NCBI GenBank assembly: GCA_951406725.2
Contig: OX597843.1
Span: 4,774,001 to 4,838,000 of the forward strand
Source of the DNA: Octopus vulgaris
Lineage: Eukaryota
Direction: 5' to 3'
Length of the DNA stretch: 64,000 nt
Position 1 is the first letter of the stretch. The number at the start of each line of letters is the position of its first letter. This document shows positions 13,968 to 25,585 of this stretch, in pieces. The position numbers and the translations under genes are program-made. The notes beneath the pieces were generated by a model. The model was not told the origin of the DNA, ran no database searches, and worked only from the letters and a program-made list of their open reading frames with translations.

Positions 13968-14736
13968 CAGATAGATGGATGGATGGATAGATGGATGGAT
14001 GGATAGATAGATAGATAGTACAAGACGAAACTAATAATGCTGGTTCTAAATCTTTGGCGCCGTCCCCTCTATTTGTGCATTTCGGACTGACGCCGGCGCC
14101 ACTGTGCAGCATTGCAAGAATCGCAGCTGTATCAGATTCCACAATGGCGTCGCTAGAACGGTCACTTTGGAGCAAGTGTCCACCAGACAAATGCTGTCCA
14201 AAGGCAGAATCTGTCGGATTCCGATCCGTGATTTTGCTGCCGCCGGCAACACCGATATTACCAATGCCATCGTTGCCAGGCAATGCGTCTTCGAGATCAT
14301 AGCGTTTACCAGGAAGCTGGTAGCATAAGGCCGTGTCGTCGACAGCTGCCGCTATGCAGGTGTCGACGTGCTGTCCGGGGGAAACATCTCTCCGACCGTT
14401 CAGCTGTCGGATTTCCTTTGATTTCAATTTGGAACTCCGATATGAAGAAGTTGTCAGAGAGTTTGATGCATTAATTGAGATTTCTTCAAAGTGATGGAGC
14501 GAAGTAACACCGTCCTCGCCTTCTTCATTCTTACGTTTGTCGCTGACGAGAGTTTCCTGGTTCAAATCGCTCTCGTTTCCGGCCAGGAGGTCACCGTGCA
14601 GGGACAAGCCCTCATCTGTCGAATCCTTTCTTGGAAGTCTTTTCTTCTTTTTCTTGTCCCACAACCACAGCAAACCAAAGATTGCAGTTAGGGTAGGGAC
14701 ACTGATTACTGCTAGAACGAAGCGGAAATTTGTCAT
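12124..14736 (-). CDS. AKAP1: AKAP1/spoonbill-like protein, first coding exon: N-terminal mitochondrial outer-membrane signal-anchor plus long acidic/Ser-rich disordered region
   Basis: Non-repetitive ORF starting MTNFRFVLAVISVPTLTAIFGLLWLWDKKKKKR (hydrophobic helix with P..G..W then a Lys run, like the AKAP1 N-terminus). Upstream acceptor tttcttttctcttttcag|A puts the exon start at 14761 (25 nt 5'UTR). Phase-0 donor GTT|GTAAGT after 12124. 13899-14021 may be spliced out (see findings). Confidence 0.85.
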
Positions 14737-14857
14737 TGGGATCAGTCAATAGCAGCAAAATCTGAAAAGAGAAAAGAAACAAAAATTAATTATGAATTCA
14801 TCTAAAAGAAAAAAAAAACAAAAAATACATTGGTTTCTTAAATGGATCACTTTAATC

Positions 14858-15745
14858 AGGCGCAGGTGTGGCTGTGTGGTAAGTAGCTTGCTTACCAACC
14901 ACATGGTTCTGGTTTCAGTCCCACTGCATGGCATCTTGGGCAAGTGTCTTCTACTATAGCCTCGGGCCGACCAAATCCTTGCAAGTGGATTTGGTAGAAG
15001 GAAACTGAAAGAAGCCTGTCGTATATATATATATATATATATATATATAGGCGCAGGAGTGGCTGTGTGGTAAGTAGCTTGCTTACCAACCACATGGTTC
15101 TGGGTTCAGTCCCACTGCATGGCATCTTGGGCAAGTGTCTTCTACTATAGCCTCGGGCCGACCAAAGCCTTGTGAGTGGATTTGGTAGACGGAAACTGAA
15201 AGAAGCCTGTCGTATATATATATATATATATATATATAAGGAACAATAGGACTCAGAACATGAGTGTATAAATATATGCAGGAGTGGCTGTGTGGTAAGT
15301 AGCTTGCTAACCAACCACATGGTTCCGGGTTCAGTCCCACTGCGTGGCACCATGGGCAAGTGTCTTCTACTATAGCCTCGGGCCGACCAATGCCTTGTGA
15401 GTGGATTTGGTAGACGGAAACTGAAAGAAGCCTGTTGTATATATGTGTGTGTGTTTGTGTGCCTGTGTTTGTCCCCGATGCTGGTGTGTTTACGTCCCCG
15501 TCATTTACGGTCGGCAAAAAGAGACCGATAGAATAAGTACTGTGTGTGTTTGTGTGCCTGTGTTTGTCCCCGATGCTGGTGTGTTTACGTCGAGTACCCG
15601 TCATTTAGCGGTTCGGCAAAAAGAGACCGATAGAATAAGTACTGGGCTTACAAAGAATAAGTCCCGGGGTCGATTTGCTCGACTAAAGGCGGTGCTCCAG
15701 CATGGCCGCAGTCAACTGACTGAAACAAGTAACAGAGTAAAGAGT
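14858..15745 (+). repeat. Tandem array of three family-A SINE 5' halves plus a 3' half
   Basis: Heads at ~14858, 15049, 15277 separated by (TA)n. Confidence 0.85.
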
Positions 15746-16137
15746 AACCCTTTCGTTACCATACTATGTTGAATCAGTCCGTCTTTGTTTCAATTAATTC
15801 TGAAAATAATGAAGAATTTAATAAAATAACTAATTAATTAATTTGGTGTTTTGGAACATTAATCACACGCTAGCACTCTTCCGTATCATCTGGTACCTAT
15901 TCTCTTCTTCACCATGGCTAGGTATGAACTAAGGTGATGTAGAATATAGTGTTTTATCAGAGAGACATTGTGATGCGAGATAAATCTCCTCCTGGATAAA
16001 GCAGCAGTCCATCACATGTTAACACTCTCCCAGATCATCTAGTACCTATTCTCTCCCTCACCACAGCTAGGTATGAACTGAGGTCATGTAGAATATAGTG
16101 TTGTGCCACAGACAATGTAAAAAAAAAAAAATTAAAA

Positions 16138-16378
16138 TGCTCCCTTTTAAAGCCTAGCCAGGCTCATGGGCCCGGTTTCCCGGTTCCTATGGCGTATGTG
16201 TTCCCCAGCTGGATGGGACGCCAGTCCATCGCAGAGTTACTCATTTTTGCCAGCTGAGTGGACTGGAGAAACGTGAAATGAAGTGTTTTGCTCAAGAACA
16301 CAACGTGTCGCCCGGTCCAGGAATCGAAACCACAATCTTACGATCATGATGCTGACACCCTAACCACTAAGCCACGAC
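16138..16378 (-). mobile_element. tRNA-derived SINE (family D)
   Basis: Minus head cgtggcttagtggttagggtg...gtttcgattcctggaccggg; related head at ~23690-23790. Confidence 0.7.
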
Positions 16379-17535
16379 CCCCTCTACTCACAATGTATAT
16401 ATATATATATATGTATATATATGTATATGTGTGTGTTTGTGTGTCTGTGTTTGTCCCCCTAGCATTGCTTGACAACCGATGCTGGTGTGTTTACGTCCCC
16501 GTAACTTAGCGGTTCGGCAAATGAGACCGATAGAATAAGTACTGGGCTTACAAAAAGAATAAGTCCCGGGGTCGAGTTGCTCGATTAAAGGCGGTGCTCC
16601 AGCATGGCCGCAGTCAAATGACTGAAACAAGTAAAAGAGAGAAAGAAAGAAAAGAGAGCATCAATGTCCACCATGGGAACAATTGAGGTCAGTCACATTG
16701 CTAGAAATAACAGCCAGATCTCCAAATCGCAGCAAATTCTCTCTTAAATAAGAAACACAGCAAATAATGCCAGAAAGAAAGAACAGATGAAGTGGTCATG
16801 GCTGGACTATATTTGATCATAGGGCGGCGAGCTGGCAGAGTCGTTAGCACGCCGGGCGAAATGCTTAGCGGTATTTCGTCTGTCGTTACGTTCTGAGTTC
16901 AAATTCCGCCGAGGTCGACTTTGCCTTTCATCCTTTCGGGGTCGATAAATAAAGTACCAGTTAAGCACTGGGGTCGATCTAATCGACTAAATCCCTTTGT
17001 CTGTCCTTGTTTGTCCCCCTCTGTGTTTAGCCCCTTGTGGACAATAAAGAAATAGGTATTTCGTCTGTCGTTACGTTCTGAGTTCAAATTCTGCCGAGGT
17101 CGACGTTGCCTTTCATCCTTTCGGGGTCGATAAATTAAGTACCAGTTTCGCACTGGGGTCGATGTAATCGACTTAATCCCTTTGTCTGTCCTTGTTTGTC
17201 CCCTCTGTGTTTAGCCCCTTGTGGATAGTAAAGAAATATATATTTGATCATAGGACTACTTAGAGCTGACTCGGGGTTAAACAACAAGCACAATCAGTCT
17301 TGCTAACCACTGCCAACCCCACCCAACGTCCACGAGACAAGGTCTTTGGTAGCTTGACCTGCTAGAAATAGCAGCCAAATCCTCAAATCCTCAAATCACA
17401 CCATACTGTCTTATCTGAGTATATAAACAAGAATGAGCCAATGATGGAGACCCCTGCATGGTAGCTAGACCTGCTAGAAATAACAGCCAAATATACACCA
17501 AGTTACACTTTACTGTCTTAATTATGCATATATTT

Positions 17536-17701
17536 AGGCGCAGGAGTGGCTGTGTGGTAAGTGGCTTGCTAACCAACCACATGGTTCCGGGTTCAGTCCC
17601 ACTGCGTGGCATCTTGGGCAAGTGTCTTCTGCTATAGCCTCGGGCCGACCAAAGCCTTGTGAGTGGATTTGGTAGACGGAAACTGAAAGAAGCCTGTCGT
17701 A

Positions 17702-17743
<42 letters not shown>

Positions 17744-17903
17744 CACAGGAGTGGATGTGTGGTAAGTAGCTTGCTAACCAACCACATGGTTCCGGATTCA
17801 GTCCCACTGCGTGGCATCTTGGGCAAGTGTCTTCTGCTATAGCCTCGGGCCGACCAAAGCCTTGTGAGTGGATTTGGTAGACGGAAACTGAAAGAAGCCC
17901 GTC

Positions 17904-17954
<51 letters not shown>

Positions 17955-18593
17955 CGCAGGAGTGGCTGTGTGGTAAGTAGCTTGCTAACCAACCACATGG
18001 TTCCGGGTTCAGTCCCACTGCGTGGCATCTTGGGCAAGTGTCTTCTGCTATAGCCCCGGACCGACCAAAGCCTTGTGAGTGGATTTGGTAGACGGAAACT
18101 GAAAGAAGCCTGTCGTATATATATGTATATATATATATATATAGGCACAGGAGTGGCTTTGTGGTAAGTAGCTTGCTTACCAACGACATGGTTCCGGGTT
18201 CAGTCCCACTGCGTGGCACCTTGGGCAATTGTCTTCTGCTATAGCCTCGGGTCGACCAAAGCCTTGTGAGTGGATTTGGTAGACGGAAACTGAAAGAAGC
18301 CCGTCGTATATATGTATATATATATATATAGGCACAGGAGTGGATGTGTGGTAAGTAGCTTGCTTACCAACCACATGGTTCCGGGTTCAGTCCCACTGAA
18401 GCCTGTCGTATATATGTATATATATATATATAGGCGCAGGAGTGGCTGTGTGGTAAGTAGCTTGTTTACCAACCACATGGTTCCGGGTTCAGTCCCACTG
18501 CATGGCACCTTGGGCAAGTGTCTTCTGCTATAGCCTCGGGCCGACCAAAGCCTTGTGAGTGGATTTGGTAGACGGAAACTGAAAGAAGCCCAT

Positions 18594-18630
<37 letters not shown>

Positions 18631-18845
18631 ATATGTTTGTGTGTCCGTGTTTGTCCCTCTATAGCATTGCTTGACAACCGATGCTGGTGTGTTTACGTCC
18701 CCGTAACATAGCGGTTCGGCAAAAGAGATCCGATAGAATAAGTACTGGGCTTACAAAAGAATAAGTCCCGGGGTCGATTTGCTCGACTAAAGGCGGTGCT
18801 CCAGCATGGCCGCAGTCAAATGACTGAAACAAGTAACAGAGATAA
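17536..18845 (+). repeat. Tandem array of six family-A SINE 5' halves ending in one 3' half
   Basis: Heads at ~17536, 17741, 17952, 18143, 18330, 18432; alternating ggcgcagg/ggcacagg variants. Confidence 0.88.
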
Positions 18846-19885
18846 CAGAGATATATGAGCCAATGAGGGAGACCTCTTGATATTAGCTAGGCCTAGGTGT
18901 AATAGCAGCCAAATCTCCCTCATATCATACCCTACAGTCTTATATACATATGAGCCAATGAGAGGGACTGCAGTAACGAGAGAGAGAGAGATATTGAGAG
19001 AGAGGGAGGGAGGGAGAAAGAGAAAGACAGGGCGGGAGGGAGAAAAAAGGAGAAAAACTCGTAGAGAGGGACAGACTGATAGAGAGAGGGAAGGGAGCAT
19101 AGAAATACAATGAGGAGAAGTGTGAGATGAACGGAAGAGAAGGAGACTTGGATCGTTTTTCAGATCACACCTTACTGGCTCGTACAGAGAGTCTACACAG
19201 TAGCTAGACCGAGAAATAGCAGCCAAATCTCCCTCTGATCACACCCTACTGTCTTATCTATGTATATATGTATGTATGAGCCAATGAGGAAGACCTCTGC
19301 ATAGTAACTAAATTTAGTAGAAATAGCAACCAAATCTCCCTCAAACCACACTGTCTTTTGTCTGAATATATGTATGTATGAGCCTATGAGGGAAGCCTCT
19401 ATACGTTAGCTAAACCTGGTAGAAATAGCAGCCAAATCTCCCCTCCAAATCACACCCTATGTCTTATCTAAGAGCCGATTAGAGAGACCTCTACATGGTA
19501 GCTAGACCTAGTAGAAATATTAGCTAAATCTCCTTCAAATCACACCCTACTGTCTTATCTAAGAGCCGATTAGAGAGACCTCTACATGGTAGCTAGACCT
19601 GGTAGAAATATTAGCTAAATCTCCCCTCAAATCACACCCTACTGTCTTATCTAAGAGCCGATTAGAGAGACCTCTACATGGTAGCTAGACCTGGAAGAAA
19701 TATTAGCTAAATCTCCCTCAAATCACACCCTAAGGTCTTACGTATGTATATAGATGTGAGTCAATGAGGGACAATTCTAAATGGTAGCTAGATTGGTAGA
19801 AATAGCAGTCAAATCTCCCTGAAATCACACTGTTTTGTCTTATGTATGTATATATATGGATACATGAGCCAACGAGGGAGACCTT
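18845..19885 (+). repeat. Diverged ~90-105 bp minisatellite (gaaatagcagccaaatctccctcaaatcacaccctactgtc...)
   Basis: About ten repeats, three nearly identical at 19440-19730; interrupted by a foreign segment at 18969-19154. Confidence 0.85.
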
Positions 19886-20524
19886 ATGGGGACGTAAACA
19901 AAGAAACACCCGTAGGGAGAACAAAGAAATATAGAGATACACAAAATATTAACCGCCCCGGGGCTTACCCAAGGTGTGCCGTACAGTGGGACTGAACCAG
20001 AAATCACGGGGTTGGGAATCAAATGACTAACCACACAGCCACACTTGCGTTTGCACACACACACACGCGAAATAAAAAAAAAAAACGAGATGGTCACGAG
20101 TGGAACATCTTTGATCGTAAACCTGTAATATCAAAACAAACCTTACGCTAGACACGCTATATGCATCCCCACTTTTTGAAGAACTTGCATGTGGACACAC
20201 AAGCTATAAGAAATAGCAGCCAAATCACACCTTACCGTCTTTGGAAAGAAAACGCGAAGGACACATCGGATAATAATAGTCTCGGATATACTGTAAAAAG
20301 ACAGGATGGTCGCGACTGGAACGCCTCAGATGGTACGTCGGCTTCGTCAGAGTTGACCTTGGGTTAAACAACAACAACAATAACAAATAGCAGTGATGAA
20401 GGAGAGGAAGGGAGACAGGGAACAGGGGACGTCAGTGTGTATGGAACGAGGAACTTAAGAGCTTGCGGGACTTGGTTTGATGCAACACCGGCTTGGCTCT
20501 CGCTCAGCGTCATTTAGTGAGTCA

Positions 20525-21500
20525 GAAAGAGTGGAGGGGGATGGGAGAGGGGGGGAAGCGAGGTGGGAGGGAGAGGAGATAGGAGGAGAGGGGAGAGAGA
20601 GAGAGACAAATGAGGAGGATGGTGGAGAGAGAGAGGGAGGAGCGAGGTGGGAGGGAGAGGAGATAGGAGGAGAGGGGAGAGAGAGAGACAAATGGGGGAG
20701 GATGGTGGAAAGAGAGAGGGGGGATATTTATGTGAAAGCCACAGGTCAGTAGGACTGGCGCCAATTCGGCCTGAGGTGAATAGTGCTGGTGGTGGGAGAG
20801 GGAGAGACACAGACACAGAGAGAGACAGAGGAAGGATGAATAGGGAGAGGGATTTATAAAGAGAGAGAGAGGGGACAGTGAGTTCTTGAGAGAGGGGGAA
20901 GAGGTAGAGGTGCAAAAAGATATATATATATATATATATGGAGAGAGAGAGAGACAGATAGAGATAGAGAGAGAGAGAAAGAGATAGATAGATAGAGAGA
21001 GAGAAAAAGACAGATAGATAGAGAGAGAGAAAGAGACAGATAGAGAGATAGAGAGAAAGAGACAGATAGATAGAGAGAGAGAAAGAGACAGATAGAGAGA
21101 GAGAGAGAGAGAGACAAGCAGATAGATAGGTAGACAAATAGACACTAGGGAGGAGGGAGAAATAGAGATACGGAAGATACAAAGAGAGTGAAAGCAGAGA
21201 AAGAGAGGGATATAGAGAATGAGAGATCGATAGAGAGAAGAGTGGAAGGCAGGAAGGTGAGGAGAGGGAGGAGGTTATTGAGAAAAGGAGAAAGAATGAA
21301 AGAGAAATGAAGAGAATGGGAGAAAGAGAGCGAGAAAGAAAAAGAGACTGAGGGGGAGAAAGAGAAAACGGAGTGAGGGAGAAAAAAGTGGGAGAAACAA
21401 AGAGGGAGAGATAGAAGAAGAAAACGAGAAGAAACACAGAGAGAGGGGGAGAAAGAGAGGAGAAAATAGAGAAAGAGGCAGGTAGGAGGAGGGTTAACAG
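20525..21500. repeat. Polypurine (GA-rich) low-complexity tract
   Basis: Seen directly. Confidence 0.9.
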
Positions 21501-21997
21501 TGAGAGGAACCAATAGCAATGAGGTGAGGAACTGGTTACAAAAAGCCGGTAGGAAAAGTGTCAACGGCTATAACGTTGAACGTGCGCATTACTACGTTAC
21601 TCTGTGTCTCCCCTGCCCTCTCTCTCTCTCTCTCTCTCTTTCCGAAAACGAAACCACAGCAACGTCCAGTCAGCTGATAGGCAAAGGTCACCTCGCTTCA
21701 ACATTTTGTAGTTGTTTTTGTTGTTGTTGTTTGGGTCCAAGTTAGGCCATGTTGGAGCAGCGCCCTGTGGACAAAGGAGCGCCGACCGTGACTGTTCCAG
21801 CCATTTGTCATTCGTGAAACATAATGTGATCCGGCGAATTCCATTGGAGTGTGGTATCGGGGGTGGTGGGATTTGGTTGCTATTTTCAGGAGATCCCGTG
21901 TCCATATAGTTTCGCCATTTGACCCCAACCCACCCTGTAGCAGATGGGGCGTGGAGTGAGTCGGTAAGGTAGAGAGATTAAAAATTAACAGGTGATG

Positions 21998-22064
<67 letters not shown>

Positions 22065-23473
22065 GTATATATATATACACACAAAGATACATGTATATAA
22101 ACATACATATACAAACATATATACACATACATATACGCACATATACATATATATATACACATAAATATATACACATACACACATACATATACGCATGTAT
22201 ATATACACACACACATATATATACACATGTATATATACACACACACATATATATACACATACATATACACATGCATATATACACACATATATATATATAC
22301 ACATGCATATACACACATATATACACATACATATACACACATATATACACATACATACAAACACACACATATATATACACATATACATACATATACGCAC
22401 ATATACATATATATATATACACACATAAATATATACACATACATATACACATGTATATACACATGCATATACACATGCATATACACACATATATATACAC
22501 ATACATACAAACACACACACATATATATATACGCATATACACATATATACGCATATACATACATGCATATAAACACATACACACACATATATACAGACAC
22601 ATATATATTTACATACATATACATAAATATATATATATTATATATATATATATATATACACGCGCATGTATATATATACATATACACACATACAAGGGGG
22701 GTGATGAAAAGTGTCAGACATTTAGGTAGAAGAAAACAGAGGAAGATCAGTGGTGGCAGTCGTATTAGTAGCGGTGCTATTGGTAGAAACAGGAACACTA
22801 GTAACGTTGGAACCAGAAATAATATTATTAGTTACCAAAAATAAGGCAGCTGTTAGTATAACTACTATTACACGTTGCCACCAACACCACTACACTGCTG
22901 TGTGTGTGTGTGTGTGTGTATCATACACATCACACAGTGCACACATATATTCATACGCATAGACACATGCATACATATATATACACATATATAGACAAAC
23001 GTATATATATATATACACATACCCACACATACATATATATATAGACACCTGCATATAAACATACCCACAAATATACACACATACATACACACACTTGTTT
23101 CAGTCATTTGACTGCGGCCATGCTGGAGCACCGTCTTTAGTCAAGCAAATCGACCCCAGGACTTACTCTTTGTAAGCCCAGTACTTATTCTATCAGTCTC
23201 TTTTGCCGAACCGCTAAGTTACGGGGACGTAAACACACCAGCATCGGTTGTCAAGCAGTGTTGGGGGACAAACACAGACACACAAACAAATACACACACA
23301 CATACATACGACAGGCTTCTTTCAGTTTCCGTCTACCAAATCCACTCACAAGGCTTTGGTCGGCCAGAGGCTATAGCAGAAGACACTTGCCCAGGGTGCC
23401 ACGCAGTGGGACTGAACCCAGAACCATGTGGTTGGTAAGCAAGCTACTTACCACACAGCCACTCCTGCGCCTA

Positions 23474-23790
23474 CTGAGACCCCCTTCGGTCAAGAATGGC
23501 CATGGGATTGCACCTAGAAAGTTACCCTCCCAGGTACAAGTCCGGGCAAGGTTGTTCATGGAAGACCAGCAGTCACCCATGCATACAAGCGACCCCGCTT
23601 CATGCCACTGATGTTATCCAAGGGAAAGGCAAAGGGGCCGATACAGCTTGGCACCAGTGACATCACAACTAATTTCTACGTGAAATAAAGTGTCTTGCTC
23701 AAGAGCACAACACGCAGCCCAGTCCGGGAATCGAACTCACAACCTCACGATTGTAAGCTCGACGCTCTAACCACTGAGCCATTGCACCTT
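23474..23790 (-). mobile_element. tRNA-derived SINE
   Basis: Minus head aatggctcagtggttagagcgtcgagcttacaatcgtgaggttgtgagttcgattcccggactggg with clear A and B boxes. Confidence 0.75.
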
Positions 23791-24814
23791 CACTCCTGTA
23801 CTTAGTAACTATTTATGTATTGTATCTATTTATATATAGTAACTACAGCGTTTATTTTTGGAGGAGAAACCTGCACACATATTTAGTCATCCACCTGCAA
23901 CTAGTGTCTCTAGGTGGTTGTTTGACATGCAAGAAATAGCAGCTAAGCTTAGTCAACATCTCAATGTAAAGCCACAAGAAAACCACGGGATGGTCAGAGT
24001 TGGGATGCCGTTGATCATAGGTCTGCTCAGCCACAAATGACCTGGTGTTAAACACTATCAAACACTGTTTGGTCATTCCAGACGCTAGAAATAACAGTCA
24101 ACACCTGGTTAAATCCTCCTCTTCATTATCATCGTTTAACGTCTGTTTTCCATGTTAGCATGGGTTGGAAGGTTTGACCAGGGTCTTTGAAGCCAGGAGG
24201 CTGCACCAGGTTCCAGTCTGATCTGGCATTGTTTCTACAGCTGGATGCCCTTCCTAACACCAACGACTCCGTGAGTGTACTGGGTGCTTTTTATGTGCCA
24301 CCCGCACAGGGGCCAGGGGAGGCTGGCAAACGGCCACGATCGGTTGGTGCTTTGTACATGCCACCAGCACAGGGGCCAGAGGAGGTTGGCAAATGGCCAC
24401 AATCGGTTGGTGCTTTTACGACGTGTCACCGACACAGACGCCAGTCAGGCGGTGCTGGTATCAGCCACTTTTGGATGGGGCTTTTTACGTGCCACCAGCA
24501 CAGGTATCTTAATTACAATTTCCATTTGATTTATATTTTGATGTTGATGTACTTGACTCAATAAGTCTCCTCAAGCACAGCGGGTCACCCTACAATCCAA
24601 GGTTAGCACAGTAGGCCGTCCTGCGAGCCATGAACTCACTTCATTTGTCGGGTCTTCGCAGTCACAGCATATCTCAGGGATCTCGGTCTTTCGTCAGAAA
24701 ATGAAGGACACATAGTGAGTATAGATCTACATAAGATGGATGGCTATAAGTGGAATGTATGTGAGAGAGAGAAAGAAAGAGCGAATGACAGACAGACAGA
24801 CAGAGAGGACATCA

Positions 24815-25585
24815 TGATGGTGGTTTAGTTGTTAGGGCATTCGGTTCACAATCGTAAGGTCACAAGTTCAATTCCTAGAGGTGCTTTGTGTCCTTGGGTC
24901 ACAACACTTTATTTCATATTGCCCCAGTTCACTAGGCTGGCAAAAATCAGTTCTACCTGTCATTCGAAAGGGCCAGCCATGTCACATTCTGTGTCACACT
25001 GAATCTCCCTGAGAACTAACAGTAAAGGTATGTGTGTCTGTGGAATACTCAACCACCTGCACGTTAATTTCACAAGAGGTTGTTCTGTTGATCGGATCAA
25101 GTGGAAAATTTGTTATTGCAACTGACAGGGTGTCAGTTTTTTGTAAAGACGCATGGCTTAGTGGTTAGGGCTTTCACCTCACAATCATAAGGCCGTGAGT
25201 TCAATTCTCACTGGCAAGACACCTTTTCATGTTGGTCCACTCTACTCAGCTAACAAAATTTGAGTTGTAGCAGTAATTCAAAAAAGAGCCAGCCCTTGTC
25301 CCATTCTGTGTTGTGCTGACTCTCCCTGGGAACTACATTAAGAGTAAGCATGCGTGAGGAGTACTCGGCCACTTGCACAGACCCTGTGGACAAAGGAGCG
25401 CCGACCGTGACTGTTCCAGTACTTGTCAATCATAGAACATAATGTGATCCGGCGAATTCCATTGGAGTGTGGTATGGGGTGGGATTTGGTTGCTATTTGT
25501 TATAGCCCTAGGCTATATTAATTCCACAAGCAGGCTGTTGGTTGATCAAATCAACTGTAACACTAGTTGTTGTAACCGACAGAAA
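24815..25585 (+). mobile_element. Two tandem diverged tRNA-SINE copies; the second is interrupted by a copied segment
   Basis: Heads at ~24815 and ~25150; bodies match the young SINE at 60500-60884. Confidence 0.7.

Noticed and set aside
14746-18517. Recurrent ORFs such as [29 protein letters not shown]
   Set aside because: Translations of the family-A SINE, not a gene family.
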